From a virus, in the IMG/VR virus record IMGVR_UViG_3300028840_003924, positions 1 to 64,000 of that record: a stretch of DNA of 64,000 nt; one strand, given 5' to 3'. Each line of letters begins with the position of its first letter. Within the stretch, counting starts at the first letter, position 1. The notes below the pieces were generated by a model. That model made no database searches. It was not told the origin of the DNA and saw nothing but the letters and a program-made list of their open reading frames with translations. Made by a program: the position numbers and the translations under genes. Shown piece after piece: positions 23,982 through 34,044 of the stretch.

Positions 23982-25532
23982 TCACTTTTTTGATTGGTAC
24001 TTTTCATTAGCTTCTTTACGGCGACATTTTTTGCATCTGGACGCCAAACCATCTGCCCTCGACTTATCTTTACCAAATTGGTCGAACTCCAAGATTTGGT
24101 TACATCTGGCACACATTTTCTTACCGTCTTTGGCATGCGGGTTGCCTTTGTTTGGACTTGGATTCTTACCGGCGATATGCCCTCCCTCTCGACCGCATAT
24201 GTAACGACCATTTCGGGTAACATTCTTTTCGTAGGTTTTGCGTAATGGTGTGTGTGTAGTGCCACAGTACTCACAGACTACCTCTACCTTATCGACAGCA
24301 ATACGATTTTGATAGTGGCGTTTGGCACGCTTCCTGTTGTTTTCTTTTTGTTTTTCGAGCCATTGTACATCACCATTTGTTTCTGCGATGTACTTTTTAG
24401 CCCATTGGATGATCTCTTTCTCACCAGCCAAGGACGAATCTCGTTCAGTCCAAACCTTGAAGTTGAAACCATTTTCTTTTGAGTAGTGCTTTGTCTCGGT
24501 GATCTGCTTGGTCACTTCCGGTTCCCGCAAACGTTTCATAGGCTTCACTTCGATAATTTCAACAGACCCATCTTGGTAAGTAGCTTGAATATCAGGATTC
24601 CGCCATTTTCCATCTCGATCTTTGAAAGTACCAGCCCTACAGAATGACTTCGCCGTCCGTTCCAACAAGTATAAGCAGCGCAATTCGTAGGAAGAACCGT
24701 AATAGACTTCTGATTGGTTTATGTCAGACCAGAAATATCCACGAATATGTGAGTGTTTGAAGGTGCCAGTTGCATGTTGCTTAGCGCACCTGTAGGATAA
24801 TGCTTCCCGCCACGACATCTCCTGGTGTAAACAATAGACCCACCTCTTTTTACCACGATCCCACACCCTTTCCAGACCTCTCACTTTCGCCCAGTCATAT
24901 TCTGTCATCCCTTTAGGACATTTGGCCGAGGACTTCTTCTGACTTTGCTTGCTCAGTCTAACCAGCGGATCATTCGTATCCACGTAAGAATAATCTGGTT
25001 TGTACTCCTTCTCCAAAGTAAAGCCCAACACCGAATAGACACCACCTTGGGTCCAACGATTATCACTGAAACTGATAATTTCATCATAGTGATGGGTTTT
25101 TGCCCACTCAACGCATGCCTTAAATAGCTTGCTAGCGCCACCCCGCACGCAGATATCAGTGCCGAAGCATAGGCGATCTAACACAATTCGATTCTTTGAA
25201 ATTTGCCTACTATGGCGACCTAACGAAACAACACCTACTAACTCGTCGTCATGGAGCAACCCAAAGTAAACAACAGCAAGACGGTTCGGACCTTGAATGT
25301 GGTTTATATCGATAAACTCTCTGGCACTAGACTGATCCAGTACTCTGACGAGGCACTTTCGGGCATGGAGCTTTCTTCGAGATTCCCCCCTGGCGGCAAT
25401 GATGAGGTTATTACATTGCATACGACGAGCGTGCCACTCATCCGAGAAGAATAAAATGCCATTATCTGGCCAATCTCGACGATTGTAATTGGCGGGATCA
25501 AACAAATCGACAATGTGAACTGTAATGGCCAA
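23982..25532 (-). CDS. Hef-like/Mom-like (GNAT-fold) domain + TnsA/gp4-like PD-(D/E)XK nuclease + Zn-finger fusion; putative homing endonuclease
   Basis: ARKC..AREF...HIQG..GL..LVGV...GGASKL...ISFSDNRW..G.VY..LGF; then YGSSYE...PD...IIEVKP...FKVWTE; then CxxC motifs. Confidence 0.7.
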   Translation of the reverse strand: MAITVHIVDLFDPANYNRRDWPDNGILFFSDEWHARRMQCNNLIIAARGESRRKLHARKCLVRVLDQSSAREFIDINHIQGPNRLAVVYFGLLHDDELVGVVSLGRHSRQISKNRIVLDRLCFGTDICVRGGASKLFKACVEWAKTHHYDEIISFSDNRWTQGGVYSVLGFTLEKEYKPDYSYVDTNDPLVRLSKQSQKKSSAKCPKGMTEYDWAKVRGLERVWDRGKKRWVYCLHQEMSWREALSYRCAKQHATGTFKHSHIRGYFWSDINQSEVYYGSSYELRCLYLLERTAKSFCRAGTFKDRDGKWRNPDIQATYQDGSVEIIEVKPMKRLREPEVTKQITETKHYSKENGFNFKVWTERDSSLAGEKEIIQWAKKYIAETNGDVQWLEKQKENNRKRAKRHYQNRIAVDKVEVVCEYCGTTHTPLRKTYEKNVTRNGRYICGREGGHIAGKNPSPNKGNPHAKDGKKMCARCNQILEFDQFGKDKSRADGLASRCKKCRRKEANEKYQSKK

Positions 25533-25662
25533 CTGAATATTTGTACCCTATCATTGACACCCCATCGGGGGGAAAGTAAGTTTATGCCCTCTTTATGTGT
25601 TATCGGCACCCTTCACATTGAATCTTGATGTTAACCTGGGTAACTGAGGCATTATGCCAAAG

Positions 25663-25692
25663 AAAAACGCCCGGCATAAACCGGGCGTTTTT
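25663..25692. terminator. Bidirectional intrinsic terminator downstream of the MCP gene
   Basis: AAAAACGCCCGG-CATAAA-CCGGGCGTTTTT. Confidence 0.88.
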
Positions 25693-25718
25693 TTGTCTAA
25701 CCCTACTAGGGGGTAACG

Positions 25719-27146
25719 TTAGATTACAAAGTTGGCAATCGTCATACGTGCGTAGAACTTAGCCCCCTCACGGAGGAGTTTCTTGCCGTACCTAGTGAGT
25801 ATACCCTTCCGGGGGCAGAAGCTCTCCGGATCGAGTACCACTGGGGTCTGGGTCAAGGGCACGTATGGGCAGTAGAAGTAGCCGCTATCCATGTAAGAAT
25901 CACCCTTGTACCCGAGCAAAATCTGGTTGGTCGGGAAGAGGGGGTCCTTGTATAGACGCCAACGAGCAGCGACGGTGCCTACGTATTGGATACCAATACT
26001 GGAGGTGAACGTCTCACTCGGTTGGGGGGCAAAACCTGCGGTGGCGGTCTCGAAGATCGAGGCAACTTCCGGAGAAGTTACAATCCAGTTAGCCCCACCA
26101 CGGAGGGTCTTCCTATGCACCACATTGGAGACCTCTACGATCTTGACGTAGAGACTCTCATACTTCTCCTTGATTGTGTCGCCCAACGCCGTGTTGAAGT
26201 CCCAGGCGGCTACTGTACCGGCGTTCAGTCGCAGGTCAGTAAGAACCTCTCGGTCGATCTCCAAATTGACCTCTTGGGCCAATACAGCGGTCAGTTCGGC
26301 TTCAGCATCAAGGTTGTGCTGCGAGCGGAGGTCCTGCTGGGCCTCATAGCTCCAAGCTGCCTTCAACTTACGAGTCTTCGCAACGATCTCTTCGTTCTCG
26401 ACTACGAGGTTCACCTCTGGGAGGTCCTGTTGGCACTCAAGGTTGTATTCGTAGTTAACGGTGATCGAGTTGCTACCTGGGTCAGCGTTCCAGGTAAGGG
26501 TCATCACACCCGTTACCAGATCAATAGCACCGGCAGTTACGAGAGTAGCTGGGGCACCAATGCTGGTGAATGTGAAAGCTCCGTTTTCGTCAACGACAAA
26601 CGTCTGGATGTCCGTTGCCCCGTCAGTGATCGTACCAGTGATGGTACCAGCCAGAACAGGAGTCTTCTCCAACGTGTAAGTGAGGCTCGTGCCACCACCA
26701 GCGTTAGATTGGGTCTCGTTCTGAACAAACTGATGAGTGAACCAGATGTCCAGGTTTGCGTCACCGGAAGCAAGCTGTTGCAAGCTAAGTGCGTCGTCGC
26801 CGGGGAATCCAGGCTGAGTTGCACCACGAGTTGCACCCTTGTTACTTGCATAACGGAATCGCAGGTAGTACACCAAACCTGCGGGACCGAGTAGCGGTTG
26901 TACGCTAACGATCTTATTTGCGATAAGCTGAGGATAAATCCTTCTTACCAACGGAATCGAAATTCGCTTGAATTGTGCAATGTCGCTTGTGTCAGTGGCA
27001 ACCTCGTTCATTAGACGCTGGTTTTCCAGCAGAACGGCGGTTGTAGCACGGGTAAAACGATCTTTGATACCATCAAGCAACTTTGTCTCAGCCCAGAGTG
27101 ATTCAAGCTCTTTGGCTTCATTGAGCAATCTTGCATTAAAGTTCAT
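25719..27146 (-). CDS. gp23: Major capsid protein, T4 gp23-like
   Basis: IPLVRR, VQPL.GP.GL, KTRKLKA.WS.EA.QDL...H.LDAEAEL...EI.RE, GYKG...DSG.FYCPYVPL, TRYG. Confidence 0.97.
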   Translation of the reverse strand: MNFNARLLNEAKELESLWAETKLLDGIKDRFTRATTAVLLENQRLMNEVATDTSDIAQFKRISIPLVRRIYPQLIANKIVSVQPLLGPAGLVYYLRFRYASNKGATRGATQPGFPGDDALSLQQLASGDANLDIWFTHQFVQNETQSNAGGGTSLTYTLEKTPVLAGTITGTITDGATDIQTFVVDENGAFTFTSIGAPATLVTAGAIDLVTGVMTLTWNADPGSNSITVNYEYNLECQQDLPEVNLVVENEEIVAKTRKLKAAWSYEAQQDLRSQHNLDAEAELTAVLAQEVNLEIDREVLTDLRLNAGTVAAWDFNTALGDTIKEKYESLYVKIVEVSNVVHRKTLRGGANWIVTSPEVASIFETATAGFAPQPSETFTSSIGIQYVGTVAARWRLYKDPLFPTNQILLGYKGDSYMDSGYFYCPYVPLTQTPVVLDPESFCPRKGILTRYGKKLLREGAKFYARMTIANFVI

Positions 27147-27154
27147 GTTACTCC

Positions 27155-28090
27155 TTAGTCATTTTCCTTAAGACCGGCCAATACCTGCCATTGCTCGGTA
27201 ATGGTCTTCTCTTCATCATTGACGGGCTCTTGACCGTCAGTTGCGGTGCTACCAACAGTTTCACCAAGCAGTACTTCACGTTCCGGCTCGGATACCGTTT
27301 GTCCACGACCCTCTACATTGCTTGCTCTTTCAAGTCTTTCGTTCTGTTCGTTAAGAACATTCTTCTCAATCAATTCTTTAGTCTCTTTCAGATAATCGTG
27401 CATCTTGTTATTCTCAGTCATAAGACGCATATTCTTGCTTTCAAGCTGACGCTTCGTCACTTGAACACTTTCGAGTTGACGCTCTAAGTCCTCAACACGA
27501 GTGTTAGTGTTCAGCATGATGTCCTCGTCAGACAGGTAATCCTTGGCCACATCGAGCACTCGCTCGAATGCTAGGCGATGATCAAGCAGACATGGGTCGT
27601 TAAGAACCTCACGTCGTGCCATCTCGTAGTACTCGTCTCCCTGCTGTGCCAGGAACTGGTCAAGCTGCTCGACCATGTATTCTTTCATAGTCTTAAGCTT
27701 CTTGTCGAACTCCTCATACAGCATGTCATGCAGACTCTCATTCTTCTGCCGTTCAGCTAGAATCATTTGATAAGCACTTTCGTACTCCTCTTCGAGTGTC
27801 TGCTGGAACTCCTCGTCCTGGCGTGCAAGGCGGGCCCTAAGATCAGCGATTACGTCATACGCTTGGCGGTAGCCTTCTTCAGCCGTCTGCCAATCTTTCT
27901 CTCGCTCGGCGGTGATGGTCTTATAGCCTTCTTCCAACTTTTCGTTGTACTCGGCTTCCATCTCTGACCTTAGATCGGTGACCGCTTCGTCCAGAAGAGA
28001 AGTTACAACGGCTGCTACTTTGTCCCTCGCCTCTTCGGGTATTAGACCCGCTAGGGCTTCTAGGATTGTGTTCTGTTTAGTATTTGCCAT
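27155..28090 (-). CDS. Prohead core/scaffold protein, gp22-like
   Basis: Acidic coiled-coil protein between the protease and MCP; C-terminal QWQVLAGL. Confidence 0.8.
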   Translation of the reverse strand: MANTKQNTILEALAGLIPEEARDKVAAVVTSLLDEAVTDLRSEMEAEYNEKLEEGYKTITAEREKDWQTAEEGYRQAYDVIADLRARLARQDEEFQQTLEEEYESAYQMILAERQKNESLHDMLYEEFDKKLKTMKEYMVEQLDQFLAQQGDEYYEMARREVLNDPCLLDHRLAFERVLDVAKDYLSDEDIMLNTNTRVEDLERQLESVQVTKRQLESKNMRLMTENNKMHDYLKETKELIEKNVLNEQNERLERASNVEGRGQTVSEPEREVLLGETVGSTATDGQEPVNDEEKTITEQWQVLAGLKEND

Positions 28091-28107
28091 CAGTATCCTC
28101 TCTCGCT

Positions 28108-28860
28108 TTAGAATCTCTTATGGTTTTTGATCTCTTCGGCGTGTTGCCGAATAATGTGTCCCAAATAAGCTACGTAGGCATCGGGATTGTTAACCTTATT
28201 TATCCTTGTAGCTTCATTTTTGTCCGTCGAAGTACACCCTTCGGCGGAAGCGCCCGTCAAAATAGGCTCCCCGGCGATGTTCTCATGTCGAGAATCACCG
28301 GTTACCACCTTCTGATAGGCAGCGAAGGTGGATGGGTCGGCAACGGCGTCAAACGTGATGAGTTTGTAGCTCTCGCCAATAACTAACACGCCTTCGCTGT
28401 TAACCTGTCCGTTTCCAACACCCCTGCTACTAATACCCACTCGGACGCCTGCTTTGATAAGCGCATCGAGAATCATGCCGTGAGGCGTGGGAAGAATCTC
28501 GCCTTCGCCCATCAGAACGTCGCCATCCCACCAAAGGTCGGTGATAACATGGCTACATTTGTCGAAGTGGATAATAGAGTCGGTAGGGTGATCCAACTCT
28601 CCTACAAGACCCCTGGACTGGATCGTCTCCATGAGACGAACTTTATTTTGCTCAAGGATGTCGTAACTGTAGAGTCGTTTGTTCTTATTCTGCTTGTTGG
28701 CCTCTTGGAACTTGCCTCGAAACTTAGTTGGGCCTGACGTGGCTTCCTCTGCGAGGAACAGTTCCGCACTACCGACCGAATCAAGGAAGAGCATCTCTCT
28801 TCCCTGATTCGGTACAATGAGTTGTGAGACCGCTTCGTGAAAATCACGCTGGTCCATCAA
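28108..28860 (-). CDS. gp21: Prohead protease, T4 gp21-like
   Basis: NKNKRLY, GELDHP, SH.IT.L, TP.G.I, GISSRG.G, FDAVADPS. Confidence 0.95.
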   Translation of the reverse strand: MMDQRDFHEAVSQLIVPNQGREMLFLDSVGSAELFLAEEATSGPTKFRGKFQEANKQNKNKRLYSYDILEQNKVRLMETIQSRGLVGELDHPTDSIIHFDKCSHVITDLWWDGDVLMGEGEILPTPHGMILDALIKAGVRVGISSRGVGNGQVNSEGVLVIGESYKLITFDAVADPSTFAAYQKVVTGDSRHENIAGEPILTGASAEGCTSTDKNEATRINKVNNPDAYVAYLGHIIRQHAEEIKNHKRF

Positions 28861-28865
28861 ACCTC

Positions 28866-30836
28866 CTATCGGGTGCTAATTCTCTGATCCAGGTCTGAGG
28901 TTTGGCTCAGCCCAACTCTGCTTTCTACATCGTCGACCCTATTAGGATCGCTGACGTATTTCTTCACGGATTGCGGCACGTATGGGTTGCTCAAATTTGG
29001 CCAAGTGTCGCCACTTCCCCACTGACCGGTTGAATCACCAGTCGTCTTGTCAATTCCCTTTTCGCCCTTCATAGTCCAATCACCGGACTTCAGAACGTAA
29101 GGATTGCCAAGAGTTGGGTAAGTTTCCTTGCCACCTTCGTTACCCCAAGATCGGTTCCTCATTTCGTCTTCGCCGCCACCGAGGTAGTTCTTACCATCGC
29201 TTACGGGCAGCTTACCCCAAGCATCTACAGCTAAGTCACGAGACGGAGCGTACTGATGCGCAGCCTTTTTGGCCATATCAGGATGTTCTCCAACGGTTGT
29301 ACGATAAGGTTTCTTGGCAACCTGCCATGGGCGGGTCTCAAGATTCGTTTCAACCAAATCGGCCAAGTATAGGCCAGCTTCCTCAGCAAGACTGAGATTC
29401 GGGCGAACAGAACCGTTCAGAACCTCTTCGATCTGTGCCAAGTAGTTTGATGCCTGCTTACGGACGAGGTCATCATTGATCTCAAGGGCTTCAGCACGGA
29501 CATCTGCAAACGTGTCGTAGAGGTCCTCAAACACCCTCATTTCAATAGCGATTTGCTCGTCAACATGCGGGAAGAAATAAGCCATAGTGTCTTGGAAGAC
29601 GATGTACGGGTCTTCTCCCTCATGAATTGGCGGGGCACCTGCTAGCGAAGCCAAACGGCTTACTCGCTCGGGATATGAATCAAATGCTACTCGCAGAATA
29701 CCTTCGGCGATAAAGGTGCAAACCTCATCGTCGTAGTTAGTAGCACCGTTGTTAGCGAGGGATTCAGCAACTACCTTCGCCAACTCACCCTGTGTTAAGT
29801 ACAGAACACTGGGGAACGCACTCACAAGGCTGTTTAGTGTTTCTTCAAGCTGATCGTTGTCAGCAAGGTTGTTCAATCTCTTGATGCTCGATACGAGCCT
29901 CTGGAAGGATTCGTCAACGGAAAGTCGCATAGCCTGCTCTCGCAGAACCTTAACGTCCGTCTTCAGAGTGTCCCACTTGAGGGCAAGCAACTTACCTTCG
30001 TTGCGGACTCTTGTTGTCGGAACACGGGCACCGATGACGTTATCCAAGTCATCTCGCTCAATGGCTACTTCAGCCAAAGATGGACCTGACATAACGTGGT
30101 CGATGTACTCAAGAACGTTAGCGCCAACGACGGCCCAGTCCTCGATTCGTTCCGGCTTCAGTCGCTCGCCCGGCTTTGCAATCCCAGCCTTCTTACGTCG
30201 CTTGATCTCCTCAGCGGCTCTTCGGCGAAGGGGGTCTTTCTTAGCCAATTCCTCTTGTGGCTTGTGCCTTCTACGAGTCTCAACGGCCTTTTTGCGGCTG
30301 AATGGTGCGGCCCGCTTTGCCGCCAAGGATCGTCTGAGATTCTTTCCCTTTGGCTTCTCGATTAGACTCTCGAATGCCTCTTTCACCAAGTTGGTCTTAT
30401 CGTTTGACTTTCGTTTGCCGATAACACTTTTTTCGTTGCACTCACTCTTAGAGTACTTCATTTTGGGAGTAGTCATCTCCAAGTACTGCTTGTAGAGTTC
30501 GCCTGCTTTTTCCTCATTCTTGTCAACTACCGCTTCCAGCATATCCGCAATAATGGCACGACGTGCCTTATTGTGGGTCCTTTCGTCAATAACGATCTCT
30601 TCGATGTTATCAAAGCGGATGTCCCTCTCATTCAACACGTAGTTTGCACGGACGAAGTTGCCATCTCCCTTCTGGTAGTAGACGTTGCCCTCGTCGAAAC
30701 AAAACATTTCGACGGCTTCGGTCTCCAGAACATCACGGAGAATGGGTTCGGCTTCGATTAGCTCATGTGCGGCGTTGGACAAAGACCCCTTCTTGATCTC
30801 AGCAAAGTGATCATAGCTAATAAGCTGTCTTTTCAT
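28866..30836 (-). CDS. Large putative prohead core protein
   Basis: 656-aa ORF between portal and protease with a basic central segment (gp67/gp68-like position); GGAG SD. Confidence 0.6.
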   Translation of the reverse strand: MKRQLISYDHFAEIKKGSLSNAAHELIEAEPILRDVLETEAVEMFCFDEGNVYYQKGDGNFVRANYVLNERDIRFDNIEEIVIDERTHNKARRAIIADMLEAVVDKNEEKAGELYKQYLEMTTPKMKYSKSECNEKSVIGKRKSNDKTNLVKEAFESLIEKPKGKNLRRSLAAKRAAPFSRKKAVETRRRHKPQEELAKKDPLRRRAAEEIKRRKKAGIAKPGERLKPERIEDWAVVGANVLEYIDHVMSGPSLAEVAIERDDLDNVIGARVPTTRVRNEGKLLALKWDTLKTDVKVLREQAMRLSVDESFQRLVSSIKRLNNLADNDQLEETLNSLVSAFPSVLYLTQGELAKVVAESLANNGATNYDDEVCTFIAEGILRVAFDSYPERVSRLASLAGAPPIHEGEDPYIVFQDTMAYFFPHVDEQIAIEMRVFEDLYDTFADVRAEALEINDDLVRKQASNYLAQIEEVLNGSVRPNLSLAEEAGLYLADLVETNLETRPWQVAKKPYRTTVGEHPDMAKKAAHQYAPSRDLAVDAWGKLPVSDGKNYLGGGEDEMRNRSWGNEGGKETYPTLGNPYVLKSGDWTMKGEKGIDKTTGDSTGQWGSGDTWPNLSNPYVPQSVKKYVSDPNRVDDVESRVGLSQTSDLDQRISTR

Positions 30837-30977
30837 TTGTCACTCCAATTATGTGATTGTTTTGATTTGTTGTGTGCCCATTTACAAGAGCGGCTCACCT
30901 CATTTTCTCAAACGGTGAGGGTATATACCTTAGCCAGTAGTTGGCGTTACGCTGAGTGTATGAGGCTAACAACTGTT

Positions 30978-30985
30978 CTATTTAT
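30978..30985 (-). promoter_or_regulatory. Late-promoter-like motif ATAAATAG upstream of the core/protease/scaffold/MCP operon
   Basis: Same octamer as at 6208 and 16734. Confidence 0.55.
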
Positions 30986-31007
30986 GCACCAAAGGGCTAA
31001 AAGGGGA

Positions 31008-31313
31008 GTGAAATTGAGAAGTTTCAAGCAGTACAGAGAGGACAGGGATGCACAGGATGTCGGCCCAGAACCTATGGGACCCGGTATGGAGCAGAGCGAT
31101 CCCGATAAACCCGACAAGTCGAATGACCTTATTAGCGCCTTAGAAGATATCGTATCAATCGCTAATAGGGCCTTGAGTTTAAGAAACAAAGGTCTGGGTG
31201 ATCTCAGCGGTAACGGCAAACCTAACGAAGAAGAGTCAGACGACGCCAGCTTAAACAAGACGATTGCACGTCCGAAGTCAGATAATGCCGAAGGTATGTT
31301 TGGTGGTGAATAA
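31008..31313 (+). CDS. Small putative internal head protein
   Basis: GTG start with GGGGA SD; N-terminus MKLRSFKQYRE resembles a capsid-targeting sequence. Confidence 0.6.
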   Translation: MKLRSFKQYREDRDAQDVGPEPMGPGMEQSDPDKPDKSNDLISALEDIVSIANRALSLRNKGLGDLSGNGKPNEEESDDASLNKTIARPKSDNAEGMFGGE

Positions 31314-31320
31314 CACCTTA

Positions 31321-33954
31321 TTACTCGTCGCCCTCTGATTCGCCGACATCAATTTCTTCCTCGTCAACCTCTTGACCAGCATCTTCGATCTCCAGGTCGT
31401 ACTTCTTGATGTCTTCCTCTTCAGGCTTAGGCAATCTTCCAGCACCCGTCGTTTCTGGACTTGGCGCAGCAGCCGGTCCTCCTGCTGGCGATCCAGGTGT
31501 CGCCTCCGGTGCTGGCGAACCTTCGGCTCCTGCTCCTGCGGGCGGTGCGCCCTCGGGACCTCCAAGTGCTCCCTCGGGACCTCCTGGCGCTCCTTCAGGC
31601 CCAGGTAATGCCCCAGCAGGCCCACCTTCGGGCGGACCTAACATAGGCGATGGCCCACCAGCACCAGCACCAATTTCCGTTCCTTGCTGTGCCATAGGTG
31701 TCAAACCAAGCATTTCGGGATTCTGCCCCATGGCTTGCAATCGCAAGTCGTCCACCTGCTGGGCTTTAACTCTGGCGACCATTTCACGGGCCTCATCTTC
31801 TTCATAACCCAAAATCTGGACCAAAGCGTCGTATTTGGACATGAGTTGTGAACCGAGGACGGTCGCAGCACGCCCATAAAGAACTTCGGTTACTTCATTG
31901 CGATTGATTTGTCGCCAATCAGAAGGTGGGGTCAATCGAATTTCAAGATCATCATACGTATCAGGCGGAAAGCCTCGAAGCATGAGGTGCCTCTTCGCTA
32001 TCTCAAGGTAGGCCCTAGCCAATGGCTTTTGAAGCCTTTCTACCAATCGTGCGAAGCGAACATCCTGTTGGGAAAGTGTAAGTCGAGTCGCCTGCGGGTC
32101 CTCGTTGGTGAGGTAGTTCTTTGGGAACTGAAGTGCCGTGAAGAGTCGTTGTCTGAAATACAAAGCATCATCGATCTCCCCCAAATTTTCGGCTCCTGGT
32201 AGGGTCTCGATTCGAGTTTGACTATTTGGTCGAACTGGAATGAAGTAATCCTCATCCGGGCCCATCGGGTTCCATCGTTCTTCTACGGCTGAAGCGCCTT
32301 GGGGACCACCACTTCGCTTACGACTGTAGACCTTCTTCTTCCGGAACTGGTCCTTAACCCTGTCAACAAACGCCTCGGCACGGGGTGGTGCGATTGTTCC
32401 GACATCGACGTAGAACACACGTCGTTCTGGGGCTCTAGTCAGTCTGTAAACCAACATTGCGTCCTCCATTAGTCGTAACTGATGGGCTGGACCACGGGCG
32501 GCTTCGATTACAGAGATGCCGTATGGGTAGAATGTTTTACGATCATCGCCGATCCTTGCATGTACGATTTGTTCTGGATGGAATCTCAAAGCTGTCGCCT
32601 GCATCAACTCGGCTTGCGATGCTCTAGTGATCTCCGTTCTTGCTAATGCATTGTAGTCGGGACCTTCTTGGGATTGCTGGAACTCATAGAGGCGACCCTT
32701 GATCGTTTCAATGCGATACATGCTATCTGCTGGGAGCGACTGAACTTTGATAACGCCACGTTTCGGGTCCTCCGGGTCAATAACAAGCTCGAAGAAGTGA
32801 TCGCCCAACTTACAGAGGCTTCTTTGGATGCCCCACGATCTATCATCTAGCTCAAGAAGCCTGTGCATCAAGAACTCGATCTCTTCTTTCACGTCGTGAT
32901 TCTCTGTCCTGACCTTGAAAACTCTACCATCATCATCTGTCTGGCAGTTGTGAACAATCGTTGCGTCAGTAGCAAAGTTAGCATGGTCCTCCACAGATAG
33001 GTCGTAGACCTTTCGTCTCCTATTTTTCGAGACACCCACAACAGTACGCTCTTCAGGGTATCGTTTACACAGAGTTTGAATTTCGCCAAAAGTGAACCCG
33101 TGCCTCTCCAAATGGGCTATGATCATCTGGCGGTAGTGGCCAATAGCCTTTTCGACCTGCCTTACACCTAAGCCCTTTTGGATGAATCGACCGATCTTGT
33201 TTAATCGCTTGTATTCGTCAATATCCTTGTCTAGCTTCCACTCGTCGATGAACTGCCGCTCGTGAACCCAACCCTTGTTGTAGGTGAAAATCCTTGGGAA
33301 CTGAAGTGTCTTCAACTTCTTCTGATTCTCATCAGCCTGAATACGGTAAAATGGTTTGAGTTTATCACCATGTTTCAGGTCACCCGCTTCTCGCCATGTC
33401 CCATCCATCATTAGGAATCGGTGGTCGGGAGTAACCAGATGTCGCATCCCGTTGTCGAATTTAACTTCTACAGTCTTCGCTTCCCTCACGAAACGAGGGT
33501 TGTAAGCCCAACCCAAAGTGAAGTCGTTCTTCTCGAAATCCCAACAATACACCAGGAAACGTTCTTCGGGGTCCTTCTCTTCAGCCAACTCTTGAATTGT
33601 GAAGAATCCCATGGGTGTAGCAATCTTTGTGCTACCAGATAGACATGCTTCATCAGCAAAGGTATTCAGCGCAGTGTGGATTTCCGGAATGTTCTCCAGA
33701 CGCTCATACTCCTTGTAGCGACTTTTTCTGTTGGTAACCGTACTGAGGTCAATAAAGTCATTACTATCACTGGTTTGTATCCTCATCGGCGACTGAGCGC
33801 CACCCCACATGTTACTTCGGATGTCCCACCGTGCGTCAGGCGACGTAACACCGACACCTTCAATATGCTCATCCTCTTGATTTGCTTCTATCGGGCCCGG
33901 TTTCGTGGCGTAATAGAACAACTTGTATATGTCTGAAAAGAACGGTACAGCCAT
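31321..33954 (-). CDS. gp20: Portal protein, T4 gp20-like, with intein
   Basis: PEI..AL...ADEA, QLRLMEDAMLVYRLTRAPERRVFYVDVG, EDYFIP.R, IETLPG..NLGEIDD..YF, F...V.RLQ; Pro/Gly-rich and acidic tail. Confidence 0.95.
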   Translation of the reverse strand: MAVPFFSDIYKLFYYATKPGPIEANQEDEHIEGVGVTSPDARWDIRSNMWGGAQSPMRIQTSDSNDFIDLSTVTNRKSRYKEYERLENIPEIHTALNTFADEACLSGSTKIATPMGFFTIQELAEEKDPEERFLVYCWDFEKNDFTLGWAYNPRFVREAKTVEVKFDNGMRHLVTPDHRFLMMDGTWREAGDLKHGDKLKPFYRIQADENQKKLKTLQFPRIFTYNKGWVHERQFIDEWKLDKDIDEYKRLNKIGRFIQKGLGVRQVEKAIGHYRQMIIAHLERHGFTFGEIQTLCKRYPEERTVVGVSKNRRRKVYDLSVEDHANFATDATIVHNCQTDDDGRVFKVRTENHDVKEEIEFLMHRLLELDDRSWGIQRSLCKLGDHFFELVIDPEDPKRGVIKVQSLPADSMYRIETIKGRLYEFQQSQEGPDYNALARTEITRASQAELMQATALRFHPEQIVHARIGDDRKTFYPYGISVIEAARGPAHQLRLMEDAMLVYRLTRAPERRVFYVDVGTIAPPRAEAFVDRVKDQFRKKKVYSRKRSGGPQGASAVEERWNPMGPDEDYFIPVRPNSQTRIETLPGAENLGEIDDALYFRQRLFTALQFPKNYLTNEDPQATRLTLSQQDVRFARLVERLQKPLARAYLEIAKRHLMLRGFPPDTYDDLEIRLTPPSDWRQINRNEVTEVLYGRAATVLGSQLMSKYDALVQILGYEEDEAREMVARVKAQQVDDLRLQAMGQNPEMLGLTPMAQQGTEIGAGAGGPSPMLGPPEGGPAGALPGPEGAPGGPEGALGGPEGAPPAGAGAEGSPAPEATPGSPAGGPAAAPSPETTGAGRLPKPEEEDIKKYDLEIEDAGQEVDEEEIDVGESEGDE
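32947..33645 (-). mobile_element. Intein (233 aa) in the portal, no LAGLIDADG motif
   Basis: ADEA|CLSGSTKI ... VTPDHRFL (block B) ... VYDLSVEDHANF ... IVHN|C. Confidence 0.93.
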
Positions 33955-33990
33955 TTTCCACCAAATCCTTTGCCTATAATCTAGTAATAT

Positions 33991-33998
33991 GTATCTAT
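33991..33998 (-). promoter_or_regulatory. Late-promoter-like motif ATAGATAC upstream of the portal
   Basis: Same octamer at 8906-8913 upstream of fibre 7073..8887. Confidence 0.45.
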
Positions 33999-34044
33999 CA
34001 TTTAATGACCAAAGTCGTACTCTACTATTGTGTCACCTTAGGAG

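Noticed and set aside
23930-24274. 114-aa ORF overlapping the 3' end of the nuclease fusion
   Set aside because: Almost fully nested in another frame of a gene with clear Zn-finger motifs; no support for independent coding.
25986-26894. 302-aa ORF antisense to the MCP, and similar antisense ORFs over core genes
   Set aside because: Explained by codon bias of the highly expressed sense gene; no recognisable motifs.
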